This document shows positions 36,817-49,135 of a stretch of 64,000 nt of DNA, one piece after another. The stretch lies in the NCBI GenBank assembly GCA_010909165.1, contig MU008203.1:124001-188000 (forward strand). Direction: 5' to 3'. The position numbers were made by a program, and so were the translations under genes. Each line of letters starts with the position of its first letter. The stretch's first letter is position 1. A model generated the notes under the pieces. The model did not search any database. It saw only the letters and a list, made by a program, of their open reading frames with translations, and was not told the origin of the DNA. This DNA is from Anthoceros angustus. Taxonomy: Eukaryota; Plantae; Anthocerotophyta.

Positions 36817-37373
36817 GCACAATTAATAAGCAAAAACTTAGTAATGAATCGTATTTCTCGTATATTAGTGTCAGTGTTTAAGACGTAGACAACTTGTTCT
36901 GTTATCAGGTGTCAAAACTTAGTCGAGTCATTCTACGCGACGTGCGCGTCTCTGTTTCAAAGGTGCATCACACCCTTCACCAGTCTCTAGTCACAGCGGA
37001 CAGGAGAATTCCAGGTTCGAGATGCCTGAGATATGACCTTCGTCTGTGTCCATGGCTCCCTGCTCTCCCGTTTCATGTCATCTGGATTTCAACATGTAGG
37101 GCATCCTTGGGTCTGGGAGACCACCCAAACCCAAGTCTACAGGCAGTTTGAACACTCGCTTTACCTCAAGGCTCAGGTATAGTCAGGTCCGTGAACATCT
37201 ACCTGGGTTCCAGCGTAGTCAAGCTTAGTCTCTATCCACAAGGAGGCTGGCGGGAGAGGGGACTTCAGTCACAGAGAACAAGGCCACTCGGCAGTTTGGA
37301 TGGTTTCTTACCTTCGAAGCCCTTCATTTACGTGAAGTTGGACGCCGGAGAACAGTGCCTGAACGGGAGGTTA

Positions 37374-37479
37374 GGCCAGGGTGTGGCGATGGAGCAGCCA
37401 GGCCAGGGTGTGGTGATGGAGCAGCCAGGCCAGGGTGTGGCGATGGAGCAGCCAGGCCAGGGTGTGGCGATGAAGCAGG
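37374..37479. repeat. 27-bp tandem repeat x4 (ggccagggtgtggcgatggagcagcca)
   Basis: Direct inspection. Confidence 0.92.
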
Positions 37480-37917
37480 GTCTTTTTACAGGAGCCAACA
37501 GTTCAGAATGCCGGTTAGTTCATCGCATAGCTTCTAATCAAACCCTACTGACGCCCAACAAAGAGACCGAAATACGCACAAGAGACCGGCAGAGAGAGTT
37601 AAAAGGTCAAGATCATTCCTAAAACGACACGTCATCTGCCATGACTGAATGTACAGCATATACACCATACCAAAACTCCTACGTTAGAGTGCATCCCTAC
37701 GTTAGTACGCTGAAGTACAAGGGACTATAATAAGAACCATAGCTGCAAGGGCGCTGTGTGTCAGCTTGTCTACAGCAACGCACCCTGAGGTGCCTTCATC
37801 AAACAGGATGGTCAAAAAAGAGTACGACCAATGCATACAGAGCTCTACTCTTGCTACCTAACAGTTGAACCAGCCTAGCTTGGAAGTATGCCGGTATCCC
37901 ACCCGATTTTCCCAGAC

Positions 37918-38763
37918 TCAGTTCGGAACCGTCTGTACAATCTGCTGGAACAATCTCTGCTTTTTTAATCTGGTAGAGGTCATCAGCATCTTTCTCTTAC
38001 CCTGTACTGGAGGCACAGCTGCTGAAGGTGGTACCCAAGATGAAGAGGAGGAGAGGCCCGAGCCGGATGGCTGCGTCTCGAGGGGAGCCATGTCTAAAAC
38101 CTTGCCCAATTCCACGCTGTCGGCCGACAAGTTGCCGGTTCTCATTAGATAAGAAGCTGCATCCTCATCATCTTCAAGACCCGCCGAAGCCAACTCCTGG
38201 GAAATAGATGACGAGGACTCCCACGATCCTGCCCTAACGAAAAAGGACATGGCATCCTCCTCATCCCCGACAGCAAGAGGTTGGTTATTCTCATCCCGTG
38301 CCGCTCCATTACCAGTTCCATCAGCCTGACCCAGCCCACCCTCACTCAAAGATGACCTCAGCTGCTGAACCATTTCTTCATCGTAGATTCCCTGCGTCCG
38401 CGCAATGTACGCCACGAAGTCCTCATCCTTATTGGGCGGCGTCACCCCCGTAATGCCGGAGCTCGCATACCCTCCAGCCAGCAACGCCTCAAAATCCTCA
38501 ACATCGAACTGGCTGCTCCCCTCCATATCCCCGCTGCACGCCCGTTTAGTCTCCTTCCCACTCCCAGAAGAGGACGCCGAAGGCTGGCTCACCGCCGCAG
38601 ACGAATCCGACGACGCCGGCCCCGCACCCCGACTAGCACTGGCCGAAGACGAGGGATCCCCAACCACATACAGCCCCCCATTCCCATTCCCATTCCCAAC
38701 CCCAGCCCCGGGCCGGATAGAAAATGAAGTCAGGGCTCCTAGCACCTCGTCGGATGCCTCCAT
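37918..38763 (-). CDS. Hypothetical Ser/Gly/acidic-rich protein (start MEASDEVLG...); may splice to further exons towards ~37.0 kb
   Basis: Long open frame with non-random composition; donor-like CAG|GGTAAG near the 3' end; no domain recognised. Confidence 0.5.
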   Translation of the reverse strand: MEASDEVLGALTSFSIRPGAGVGNGNGNGGLYVVGDPSSSASASRGAGPASSDSSAAVSQPSASSSGSGKETKRACSGDMEGSSQFDVEDFEALLAGGYASSGITGVTPPNKDEDFVAYIARTQGIYDEEMVQQLRSSLSEGGLGQADGTGNGAARDENNQPLAVGDEEDAMSFFVRAGSWESSSSISQELASAGLEDDEDAASYLMRTGNLSADSVELGKVLDMAPLETQPSGSGLSSSSSWVPPSAAVPPVQGKRKMLMTSTRLKKQRLFQQIVQTVPN

Positions 38764-39962
38764 CCCTAATCTCCCTCCACCACCAACGCCCTCCCAGCGC
38801 CTCCTCCCAGCCAAGCTCCCTCCGGCACAGCACCTCCTCACCGCACCGACGTCCCCAGCCTCGGCGCCATCAACAAACTGGCAACCCTCTGTCACCTTCA
38901 CCGCCAGCCTCCATGGCCCCCTACAACACACGACGCAAAACCGTACTATACATTACGCCGTAAACCTCAATCACACCGCACCATCTCACACATTCAACCT
39001 CCACAATCCAATCCCCTCCAAACCTCCAAACCTAAACAACTCGCATTAGCCATCATCCTGGCCACCGCACCCCAAGAAACCAAGAAACAACCCCCTACTC
39101 CACACAACAAGCACAAGCAGCCACAGCCGAGCCCTACCCTGCGCTTCCCGCGCAGGCGGGCGTGAAAGACTAAACGAATCGTGTCGGCCTCGCCAGACTC
39201 ACCTCCTCCTCAGCCGACCGGCATCTCCACGACCTTCCGCCGCCGGCGGCGGGCAGCACACAGCCGCACGCTCTCACGAATCCTCCCTTCCAGGAAAGCG
39301 CGCAGGGATCAGGGCCGGCTCGCTCCGGGCGAGAGTCACCCGGCGACGGCAGACAACCAGGCTGCGTCTGAGGCTGAGGCTGCGGCAGCTCGCGCGAGGC
39401 CCAGCTATAGGTTCGGCCCCGGAACCCGGGCCGCAATTTATAGGCGGCGGCCCGCCACCCTCCAGACCAACCCAGCCTGGTCTGGGCCTTCCAGGCCACG
39501 GCGAAACCCCCCGAGCCTACCCGGCGCAACTCGGCCGAGCGGCGATACCCGCTCCGCCTTTACGGCGACATTGATTCGTTCGTCCAGACTGGGGCTGCAG
39601 TCGGCGACCGGGGGGCCCGGCCGCAGTCACGTGACTGGGCGTGCAAGCGTGGCAGCGGGCTTTACCTGGCGCCGCGCGGCGGGCCGTGAACTTCCCACGC
39701 CAGCGCTCTCGCTGGAGCTCCAGCGCCAGGCAGGCGCCGGTTGACGCGACTAGCCCGGTTGTTGCATCCTGTCCTGACCGGTCGTTTGTGGCAGTATATT
39801 CCAAACTCGCGTCGCCCACAAACCCCGACCGTACGGCCAGGCTCGGGCTTCCGAGCCACACACAGGTTTAGGCCGGCTCTTCCCGGCGATACTTTCGATA
39901 CTTCAAACCTTGAACGTTGGAAAACAGTTTGGCAGGAAACCAAACAAAGGGATGCGGGATGC

Positions 39963-40014
39963 GAAGGGAAGGGAAGGGAAGGGAAAGGGAGGGAAGGGAA
40001 GGGAAAGGAAGGGA
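39963..40014. repeat. (GAAGG)n microsatellite
   Basis: gaagggaagggaagggaagggaaagggagggaagggaagggaaaggaaggga. Confidence 0.85.
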
Positions 40015-40107
40015 GTAGTGAAAATAACGAGAAACCGTTATGGATAGCATATGCTAGCTCTTTCATCGTGTGGCTGTGGCGCGCCGCTAATGAGCGTGGA
40101 AGCGGAC

Positions 40108-42971
40108 ATCACGCTAAGGATAACAAATCCATGGAGCTGCTCAGCTCTTTGTTAGCGAGCTCCTCTTTGAGCGACCGGGCCAGTTCCTTTCTCAGAGCCT
40201 CCCTTTTCCTGTTGGCCTGCAAAAGCGAAGTCGGCGGTGTCGGGAGGCCGGAATGTGGAGGCTAGGTGGAAAGGGGTGATGGGCTGTGAAAGCACTTGTT
40301 ACCTCTATGTCTTCAGGGCAAGGTTTGGCAAATAGTTTTGTGCGGTGCATAGATGGCGTGAGCCGCAAGTTGTCCTTGTCGCCTTCCAGGCCAGCCACCT
40401 TCTTCTCTCTCATGGCTGCCTCATCAAATTCTTACTATCACTTTACATGGACTCTCTCAAGACAAGCAATCCATTCCACTATGGGAAGCTATGCTTCAGA
40501 TTAGAATTTACCTTTTTTCTGGGCAATAATTCTATCCCTCTGTTTCTTCAGATATTGCCGACGAGTTATAACTCTGAGACTGTTCTCCTGCATGCATTAC
40601 AGATTAACTTATTAGGTTGTTATCTTTTTACTGTAGATTAAGATAATTCAAAGGGTGTATATTATTACCTGTGACTCTATATCTTGTGTAAGCCAGGGAT
40701 ATTCTATTGTTGTACTTGCAGCACTGTGCATACCCACAAAATTGATTGTGAACACAGACTTTAAGTATTGAACCATGACTAAATCATGAAGTAAGTGTCA
40801 AAATGAGTACAAGAATGTACACTTGATAAGCAATTTTACTTTGCTTCAATTGTTGTGATATCATGGGCTTCTTCAATAAGCTCTATATTTTCTCTTCGAC
40901 AACAAAATTCTCCATTGCCACACAATCCGGGCTCCTCTCGGCCACAATCCCTATTGTACACAAAATGCAGCATGAGTGGATTTGATAGGTATCAGTTGAA
41001 AGAAACCTCATATAATCGAGATCATTTTACTTTATCTTTCTCCTTGTAAGTTGTTCTGGAGCTTCAATGATGTTGTCTGGTTCTTTTTCTAGTTCTTCGG
41101 CTTTTTCATCAATTTCTTCAAGTTCTGTTTGTTCAGCACAATAATCTGTGCTGAATTTGTTAACTGTAGCCTTACACCCCATCCTAGGTGGGGTGGAGTT
41201 TTCTTCTACATCAGGATCAATGACAATTGTTAGTAGTTTTTTGTTTGATTTCAATTGAGGTTCGTTTGGACTCAACTCCCTTGAGATGTCACCTAAACTC
41301 TTAGGCCTCACTTCTATGTTCCTATAAGTAGTTATAGGAATGATTGGTTCAGATCTATTTGATTCGAGTAGGCATTGTCCTTCGTTTAGATCACATGAAC
41401 AATATTCTAATGCACATCCTTCGGCCATACAATTCGTTGAAAATTTTCTACATCGAATACCATTCATGCAACATTTATTGTTCCCATGTGGAGCGATTAT
41501 GGTATTTTGTCCCTGTTGCGAACTAGAAGTGGATCCACTCACTTCTTGGCCTAACTTTTTACGTTCCTCGTCACTTGCAATTGACCTATATTTTGAAATT
41601 GTAATTATGTCACAGAAAATGGTAATATGCTATGGTTTAAATAAAATACTTGGACTCTTATGCAACTTACAAATTGATTGCTGTCTCTAATTGAGCTTGT
41701 TCTGCATCTTTTACCTAGAGATCACCCATTACAAGAAGTTAAAATAATTTATAAATAATTCATTGAGTTTTTGATAGATTTCTAGTCTATGAAGATATCT
41801 CACAAACCTTATTTTGCTCTTCAAATGTGCGAAGAGACAAATAGATAGCTTTATCAAATTCACTTTTTTGGGCTTCACTCAATTCTACATAGTTTTACAA
41901 TAAAACCCTGTGTTCAAAGTTAGTTCAAGAAATAAGGTTGTACATGTAGAAAAATGCTATGATCCGCTTGCAAGAAAATTTCTTATCCTACCCCGATGCA
42001 AATCCTTTTCAAATAAATATTCCTCCTTCGATAGACGTAAAACCTCTTCCAACTCCCTAGCATGTAATCGTGGATTTTGCAAAGCATGGATGGTTGCGAT
42101 TGCATTATCAATTGCGTACTTTGATCTATCTCCATGTAATCGCTCAAGTTGTTCAAGAGCTAATACTTGATTTAAAAGTTGAGCATTTCTTTTTATCATC
42201 ATTTCCTATTGTGAGCCATATGTCATTATGCAATTGAGATTATGTGTGAAATGTACATTCAGTGTCAGAATTAAATATTGTAGTACCTTAAATAAAACAA
42301 AATCTTCCACTGTTAGAATGGATGTTACAACTATACTATAAAAATCCAGCTGTAATTGTCTGCATGTACAAATTTGGTTATTCTTGCACATTGCATTTTC
42401 TTCATTTTAAAACAAAACTCACGAAGTTATTTTTAGACAAGAGGAGACATTACCTTGCAAGCATTTCAACAAATTGATGTATTGGAACTCCTAAATGAGT
42501 AACAAAGTCACATATGAGGCCATCAACTAACTGCTTGAAGTTTTCATGAGCCTAACCAAAAACAAAAGCATATGCACATTGTGTGAAGATATTTCTGACC
42601 AGTCCATTTATCCAAATACTTGCGATACATTTGAGAACGACATAATATGAAATGGACGGATGAAAAATAAGAAAGCTGATACTTACAATATTATACTCAG
42701 GCTTGTTTTCTTCAGAACTATCAAACATGCTGCAATTTTCGTCTATGAAATTTAAGAGTGGTAATGAATATGTAGGACTATGCAAGAATTTATGCACTGC
42801 AATTTCCATGGATTGTGTATTTTCATCATTTTGTAAGGCTCTCTCTATATCTTTATCCATATTATTGGGATTCTTACCGGAAGCAACTAGCTCACGCTTT
42901 AAGGCTAGAGATGGATCTAAAAGCATTATGCTTTTCAGATAATAAGCAACCCTAGAGAGAGAACATTGCAT
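40108..42971 (-). CDS. CFAP36: Cilia- and flagella-associated protein 36-like (BART/ARL2BP domain plus coiled coil), multi-exon
   Basis: Spliced exons give KFLHSPTYSLPLLNFIDENCSMFDSSEENKPEYNI|AHENFKQLVDGLICDFVTHLGV..|SILTVEDFVLFK|EMMIKRNAQL..ELEEVLRLSKEEY, and C-terminal ALRKELARSLKEELANK. Both match the recalled CFAP36 layout. Confidence 0.8.
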
Positions 42972-43759
42972 TCCCTACATTTTCGGATAAATATAAATGC
43001 TACTGATTAACCTCATTAGGTGTCAAGGAGCCCATTTGTCCCCCCAAGAGTGGTGAGTGGTGCGCTCAAGGCAGCACATGGGTGCTTTTGCCTGGACATG
43101 GGCGCGGTTTGCTCAGATGGCCAGTCGACATCAGCCCTTGCCACGACAACAGGGTGTTTTTCTCCGGTGCCACCAACCGGTTGCCTTCCCCGACCACCAC
43201 CTATCTGTGAGACTCGGGAAGGACATCATCTGAAACACGAAAGACCTTCCGAGCAGAATCTCCTACTCTCGACACACCCAGTTCCTCTCCAGCAGTAACT
43301 CTCCGGTACCATTGAGTTGTTGTCGGTTTCATCAAATCCGATCGTGACAAGCTCGTCCAGTCTGCAAGCCGTGAACGGAACTGCTACATCTTCAGCAGCT
43401 GTCTGACCCCAGAATTGTGATAGCGATGGCCTGGCTGAGCCCAGTGATTGGCAGTTCACACTACTCGGCAATTCTCCATAGAGCGACTGCCGTGATGCTG
43501 CAGCTCGTTTCTCCTTGGGACGCCTGGGTGGATAACGTAGCAACCACCCGAGCTGGGCCTCGCGGCTCTGGCCTGAACACGGAGGAAGGTGCGACCTCTA
43601 GTGCTCGCGCTCCCCACCCGCTCAAATAGAGACAACCTAGGGTTTACGCCATCTCCCCAGCCGTGAACTTGACAAGGAGAAAAAAAACTTTAAGAAGTGC
43701 ATTCCCTATCATACAAGATTGATTTACAGCCTACAAAGCCTTTATTAGAAATATGGTTT

Positions 43760-44830
43760 TTAATCCTCCAAACCTTTATTAGGCCACATATTAGGACAGA
43801 TGTCTTGAGGACCATTACCCAGAGGGAAAAACTCAAAGGTTAGGGCACATTGAGTTGCAGCCAATTTCCCCATCATCTTCATAGGACAGTACTTGTTCAA
43901 AAGTTTGATTCTCACATAAGTTAGACATCCATAGCAATCATCCTTTACGGTAGGGTAATATATATCACTGAGACCAAAACAATGAGCAGTAATTTGCATG
44001 AAAGACGTTTGAGATACATAGCGCACTGGCCATGCTTGAGATGCTAACTCAATTGCTTCTTGAGTATTAGATTTTATTTCCTGCCATGTGTACAATAAAA
44101 CAGACTTCTCACTGCATTCATGTTGATAGAGACTACGTCCTAGCCTTGGATTTTCTATTGGTGCTACAACTTTGGAAGAATGAAATTGGAAAACACATAT
44201 CAGAATTAAACAACAATAAAAATACGAAACTTTTGGGTAACAATGATCCATCAAATCCGTCACTTGGTGTCTTATCCACACTATTGTGGATCCACACTTA
44301 TCCACACTATATGGATAAATTGAAAAAAATAAAAATACACGGATTAAATAAAATGAACAGAAACGTTATTTTTTTTATATCAATAGACAAACATAATGAT
44401 CGCAAAATGATGTGGAGTTATGTTGATATATATTAATGAGTTTTTTTATTCCTCTAATAAAGCATAAAGATACAAAGTTAGTTGTCTGAAATATTCTTAA
44501 AAAAGTAAAATATTATCTTACAACAACTATGACCAGGTATATTCTTTAAGTACTTTTCAATAAATGACTACAATATTGAATGAAGTAAGTTTTAAATAAG
44601 TTTGCATATAATGCAACATTATTTGGATAAGATAACAAATTGCTGTACACCAGAGTTAATGAGGATGGCATTGCTGCTTGGGATCTTGCCATATGTTCTA
44701 TGAAAAACCTAAAGATCTCCCTTTATAATATTTTATATCTCACCAGACTGAGTTCTCTTATGCCAAATTGGATGTTGGAAGGCCTTTGATACCAGATGCG
44801 AGAGAAGGAGTTTCATGACATCTAGATATA
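43760..44830 (-). other. Unidentified AT-rich probable coding fragments
   Basis: 181-codon ORF 43760-44305 and short exon-like pieces with GT donors near 44600-44850; no family recognised. Confidence 0.25.
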
Positions 44831-45809
44831 TTATATCCCGGTTGCTACCTTTAACTCACCTAGAAAGCGCCTGGGTGTGTGGAACTTGTGATACCGGGAA
44901 ATTTGGTGGCTGGAACCAGGCATGCTGCTTGAAACATCTTCCATCCACGCTTGATCCAATTTTGTAGCACCATGATGGCCACGAAACGTGAGCAGAATGG
45001 CGCGAGAGTGACAACAAAACCCATCGCCCCGCCAATGAGCACTGCCGGAAGTGCCAGGCCAAGAGACTCTCCTGTTGCGCCCGGGGAGACAGCCTGCTGG
45101 AGGACAGCAAGTGTTGTTTCACAGGGGCATGCCGAGGAGGGGGTTATCGGCGAGCAGCCGGCAGATAGGGGTAGTCCACATAGCCATGGTTGCCTCCATA
45201 TCTGGAAACAGGGAAGGTTTTCAGGTCGATCCTTACTGCACACATTGTCGGGCATGGTATAAGATTGCGTGCGACATCTACATAAACGACTTTGTTGCGA
45301 GACGGAAAGAACTTGTCTGGTACGGGGAGACTAGGTGGCTTCCTCACAAGTCTACGGCAAAAACAGGAGAAGTAAGATTTGCGAAGTAAAAAGTCGAGCG
45401 TTCCCAACACGACAAGAGATAGTTGGATGAGCAGACTTTGCCGTGACATAAAATACGAAACACAACCATAGATACGGTTGTTGGTGAGCTGCATGCCCTG
45501 CAAGTGGTGATGTTGGCAATCGCATTGGGAGCCACACCAGCCAGTACAATGTTCCGCAAATTCAAGCTTCGCCGAAATGGTATTGCACCCAAGGAATTCG
45601 GGATGCGGCCCGTCAGCTGATCGTTCCCCAGAGCAAGTTGTTCCAGAGCGGCATATTTCCTAACCTGTCCGGTATGGCCCTTGTGAGTTTGTTGTCGGAT
45701 GAAAATCGCACCTTGGGGACTGAGCCCAGCGAGTCTGGATCAGACTCGCTGTCCGGTATCACTCGTTGGCAGATTGATTCCTTTGCTAAGTTGCATCTTC
45801 GAAGCCCTT

Positions 45810-47134
45810 TCATACCGGGTGTGGGGCACAGATTTTCAGAACCAGAAATGCCTCATGCAGCTGGAGAAACATCGTTGCTTCCACCTGCCGGGCAGGTGCA
45901 CTATCCGTGTACTTGATATGGAGCCAGTCTTCAAGACGTACTCGGTAAGAATCCCTTTGATCAGGACGGCAAGTGTCCCCGGGGTGGGGCCGGTGCACTA
46001 CTGTACATCTGCCAGTACGAGGGTCCACAACTTTCCTCTTCGACCCATCCAGATTCTCAATCCGACATCCCAGTCCAGTCAGGAATTGTACCAGCTTGCT
46101 CCATTTGAGAGTGCCCTTGACTTTCCTGCATGGAATGTCTCGAATTGATATATCAGCCTTCTTAACTGGTCGAAAAACAGGAGGCACTTCATCACATTTT
46201 GATTCCTCGCCACCACCGATGGAAGCAGGCGTAAATTTTGATTCCTCACCCCTGATGGACGCAGGTGTAGACACCTGTGAACAACTATCTCCACCACCAC
46301 TGGCAGGTGTAGATACCTTTGCACAACTATCTGCACCGATGAAAGTAGTTGTAGATACCTCCGAACTTTCATCTGTTACCCCAAAGTCTGATATTTCGGA
46401 GTGTTCCCGTGTCTTGATCTTGAACAGGAAGCGGTACATATTTTTCTACCCTTCCATCCCCGACCTCCCAAAACAAACCTGGGTCCACAGCTGTTACTTT
46501 GGCAACAGTCCGATCTTCCACTGTATCAGCCTGTACCCTGTGTTGGACAGCCAGGGCCTTTTTTTCCTTCTTAGCAACGTCCTTTCTATGTTGGTACCGT
46601 CGAACCGCTTGCAAAGGCAGTAGAGAGTATTCATGCTTCTTGAACTCTGGGCGGATGATTCCGTGATACAGAAGGGTATATTTGGTCTTGAAAGCCTCAA
46701 ACATCTCAGCAGTCAATTCCTTGGATTCGGAAGCCAGCAGCGGAAGCCGCATGAAGGAGGGCAGATTTGCCCGACGAATCTGTCTCTCTTACCAGCGAGG
46801 TCTCCAGCAAGAGACCTTTCGTGGGAAGCGAAACCGGCTTGCCTTTGCCCAACAAGACTTCAAGATCATCCGAGGTGGATACCACCACTCCAGAAGTTGG
46901 ATCAAATTTGTATCTCCGAATAGCAGCCTTGATCTCCTTCTCGTTAGCCACAAAAAGTCCCGCATGAAGTAGCACTTCCATAACCCTGAACCTGGTGCTC
47001 AGCTCGTCAATTACTGCTATGACTTCCACCTGCACATCCTCCATCTGCACCGTGAACTCACTGGCTCGGCGGAAGTCTGAAAACAACCCTTCCTCGATCG
47101 GTAAGGGTAAAATGGAAAGGAGTGCTTGTTCTGA
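45810..47134 (-). pseudogene. Frameshifted gene with an ankyrin-like segment and a C-terminal HicA-toxin-like domain (45915-46109)
   Basis: Three overlapping minus-strand ORFs (46706-47191, 46369-46752, 45810-46439). Last has LKWSKLVQFLTGLGCRIENLDGSKRKVVDPRTGRCTVVHRPHPGDTCRPDQRDSYRVRLEDWLHI; first has TDSSGKSALLHAAS. Confidence 0.65.
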
Positions 47135-47519
47135 GCCGAAGTTCTTGGTCAGCTGGAAAGATGACCAACTACGGCAGAGCCTGCAGCTCATCCAGCTTCC
47201 CTATGGTTGCAGTTGTTAGATGAAAGGTTTAGAGAATTGAGGTCAAGCCAGATCACCTAAAGCAGATGGTATCGCACCACTAAAACCATTGCTGGACAGG
47301 TCGAAATACTTGGTGCTTGGTTGAACTACCTCCTCCAGGTTGCCTTTCCAAATGAGCTCAGACTAAGAGGGACATACCCAGACGGGGAAACATTTAAGTC
47401 ACATTCAATGAAACCTCGGAGCGATGACAGGTTCTGATGAATGTGTGCTGAAAAGCTGTTAGCTAGGTTTAGGAAAGAGATTAAAACAGGAGGTTATGGT
47501 GTCAAGATGGTACCAGACA

Positions 47520-47635
47520 GAAATCATGAGACCCGAATCTAAGGGATTGGCAGCTAAAATGTTCAAGGCTTTGTAGAAAAAGTATACCTCTCTTTATCAT
47601 GGAATCATCCGCCCAGAGTTCAAGAAGCTCATGTA
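47520..47635 (+). repeat. Inverted, diverged copy of 46625-46730
   Basis: Encodes PESKGLAAKMFKAL*KKYTSLYHGIIRPEFKK versus SESKELTAEMFEAFKTKYTLLYHGIIRPEFKK on the opposite strand. Confidence 0.85.
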
Positions 47636-48494
47636 TGTGCAACTGAACGACAATGCGTGGACAGGCTCCATTCCAGACTACCCCTTCACTTCCCCTGGCT
47701 GGCTGATCATCCCCAAGCTTGTTGTGCTGTGATTGGCTGATCGCGATCCTTGTTGTCGAATCGTGAGACCCGATTGAGCCCGAACACGGGCTTGAATGCA
47801 AGGCCTGCACATCGATACCCGAAGACGACCCGCATACCCATGTCGTCACGAAGAACGACCGTCCTCCGCTTTTGGACGGGGAGTCCACAGCGTGGAGAGA
47901 CCGACCACCGACCTCTAATGATCGTGGTCCGCTTTATCCATGCATAAACATGCCCCATGCCCAACCGCGCGCTTGCGCCTCGTCCTCACCGTGCGATCCC
48001 GTTCTAGCAAAAAGTCTCTCCACTGCTGAGGAAGTGGCGCGAGCAGGCGGCAGGACGGCTGAGTCGGCCTAAATGGCGAAGAGCTCATGAGTTGGACCTA
48101 TCCACCATGGGTTTAAATCCCATACCTCACCTTAAGGTTCTAAGGGATGGGTTTAATATATAATGAATATTGGATTAACTTATTTATAAAACTTTAGAGA
48201 ATTTCGAAGTTAAGCCACCCTGCATGGATTCAAATTGTGTGATTCATATTTTCCTTGAGAAATATTTACCTTCTCAATAAATGAAGAACCATTCAAAATA
48301 TAATTGAGATTTATTTTCCTCCTATCTTCTTGACAAATGAAGAACCATATATTTTAAGTTTGAGAAAGAAAACTGGCTTCTGATGTAGGATCTTTTTTGT
48401 CTCGCCCACAAAAAGGACCCTTGTTAAAAGGTCCTTTGGGACTGCACGAAATATAATCTTTACTCGTAATAAAGCAATGAAGCACTGGTGAAAG

Positions 48495-48895
48495 GCTCTC
48501 ACAAAATATGATTTCTGCTCGCAATGAAGTACGTTGTAAGGTTTTCTAAGGGCTCTACTAGGTTGGTGCAAAGCTCTCACGAAATATGATTTCTACTCGC
48601 AATGAAGTACGTTGTGAGGCTTTCTAAGGGCTCTACTAAGTTATCCTTCCGCAAAGCTCTCACGAAATATGATTTTTACTCGCAATGAAGTACGTTGTGA
48701 GGCTTTCTAAGGGCTCTACTAGGTTGGTGCAAAGCTCTCACGAAATATGATTTCTACTAGCGGTAATCGTTGTGAGGCTTTCTAAGGGCTCTACTAAGTT
48801 ATCCTTCCGCAAAGCTCTCACGAAATATGATTTTTACTCGCAATGAAGTACGTTGTGAGGCTTTCTAAGGGCTCTACTAGGTTATCCCTCCGCTC
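48495..48895. repeat. ~80-bp tandem repeat x5 with ~161-bp dimeric higher order (gctctcacgaaatatgatttctactcgcaatgaagtacgttgtgaggctttctaagggctctacta...)
   Basis: Unit starts at ~48495, 48573, 48656, 48734, 48814. Confidence 0.92.
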
Positions 48896-49135
48896 TTATG
48901 AGATCCATTAGGGTCCTTTCGATTAAGTGACATGCAAATGTTCAATCTATTCACAATTTAGAAAACATTTGAGTGCTACCTAGGTACTAAAAATATCTAA
49001 ACTTGCATTGCATAATGATGTTATTCGAGAAAGGGATATTTTATTGAAGTGAAAAAATGATGGGAAGAGCCCATCCAAGAGGGGACAACCAAAGGGGACC
49101 CCGAGGGTCGAGGTGGAGAGGAGCAACTGAGCTCC

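Larger units (their letters stand above)
44860..47960 (-). pseudogene. Fragmented LRR receptor-like protein (RLP) pseudogene interrupted by non-LRR sequence
   Basis: Plant extracellular-LRR pieces in shifting frames: FLNLANSFSAHIHQNLSSL, YFDLSSNGFSGAIPSALGDL, SDNKLTRAIPDRLGN, LALGNDQLTGRIPNSLG; C-terminal cap PWLCGLPLSAGCSP; TM LPAVLIGGAMGFVVTL; short tail without kinase. Confidence 0.75.

Noticed and set aside
45882-45898. Helitron 3' hairpin interpretation of the palindrome
   Set aside because: No CTRR terminus at the expected distance on either strand
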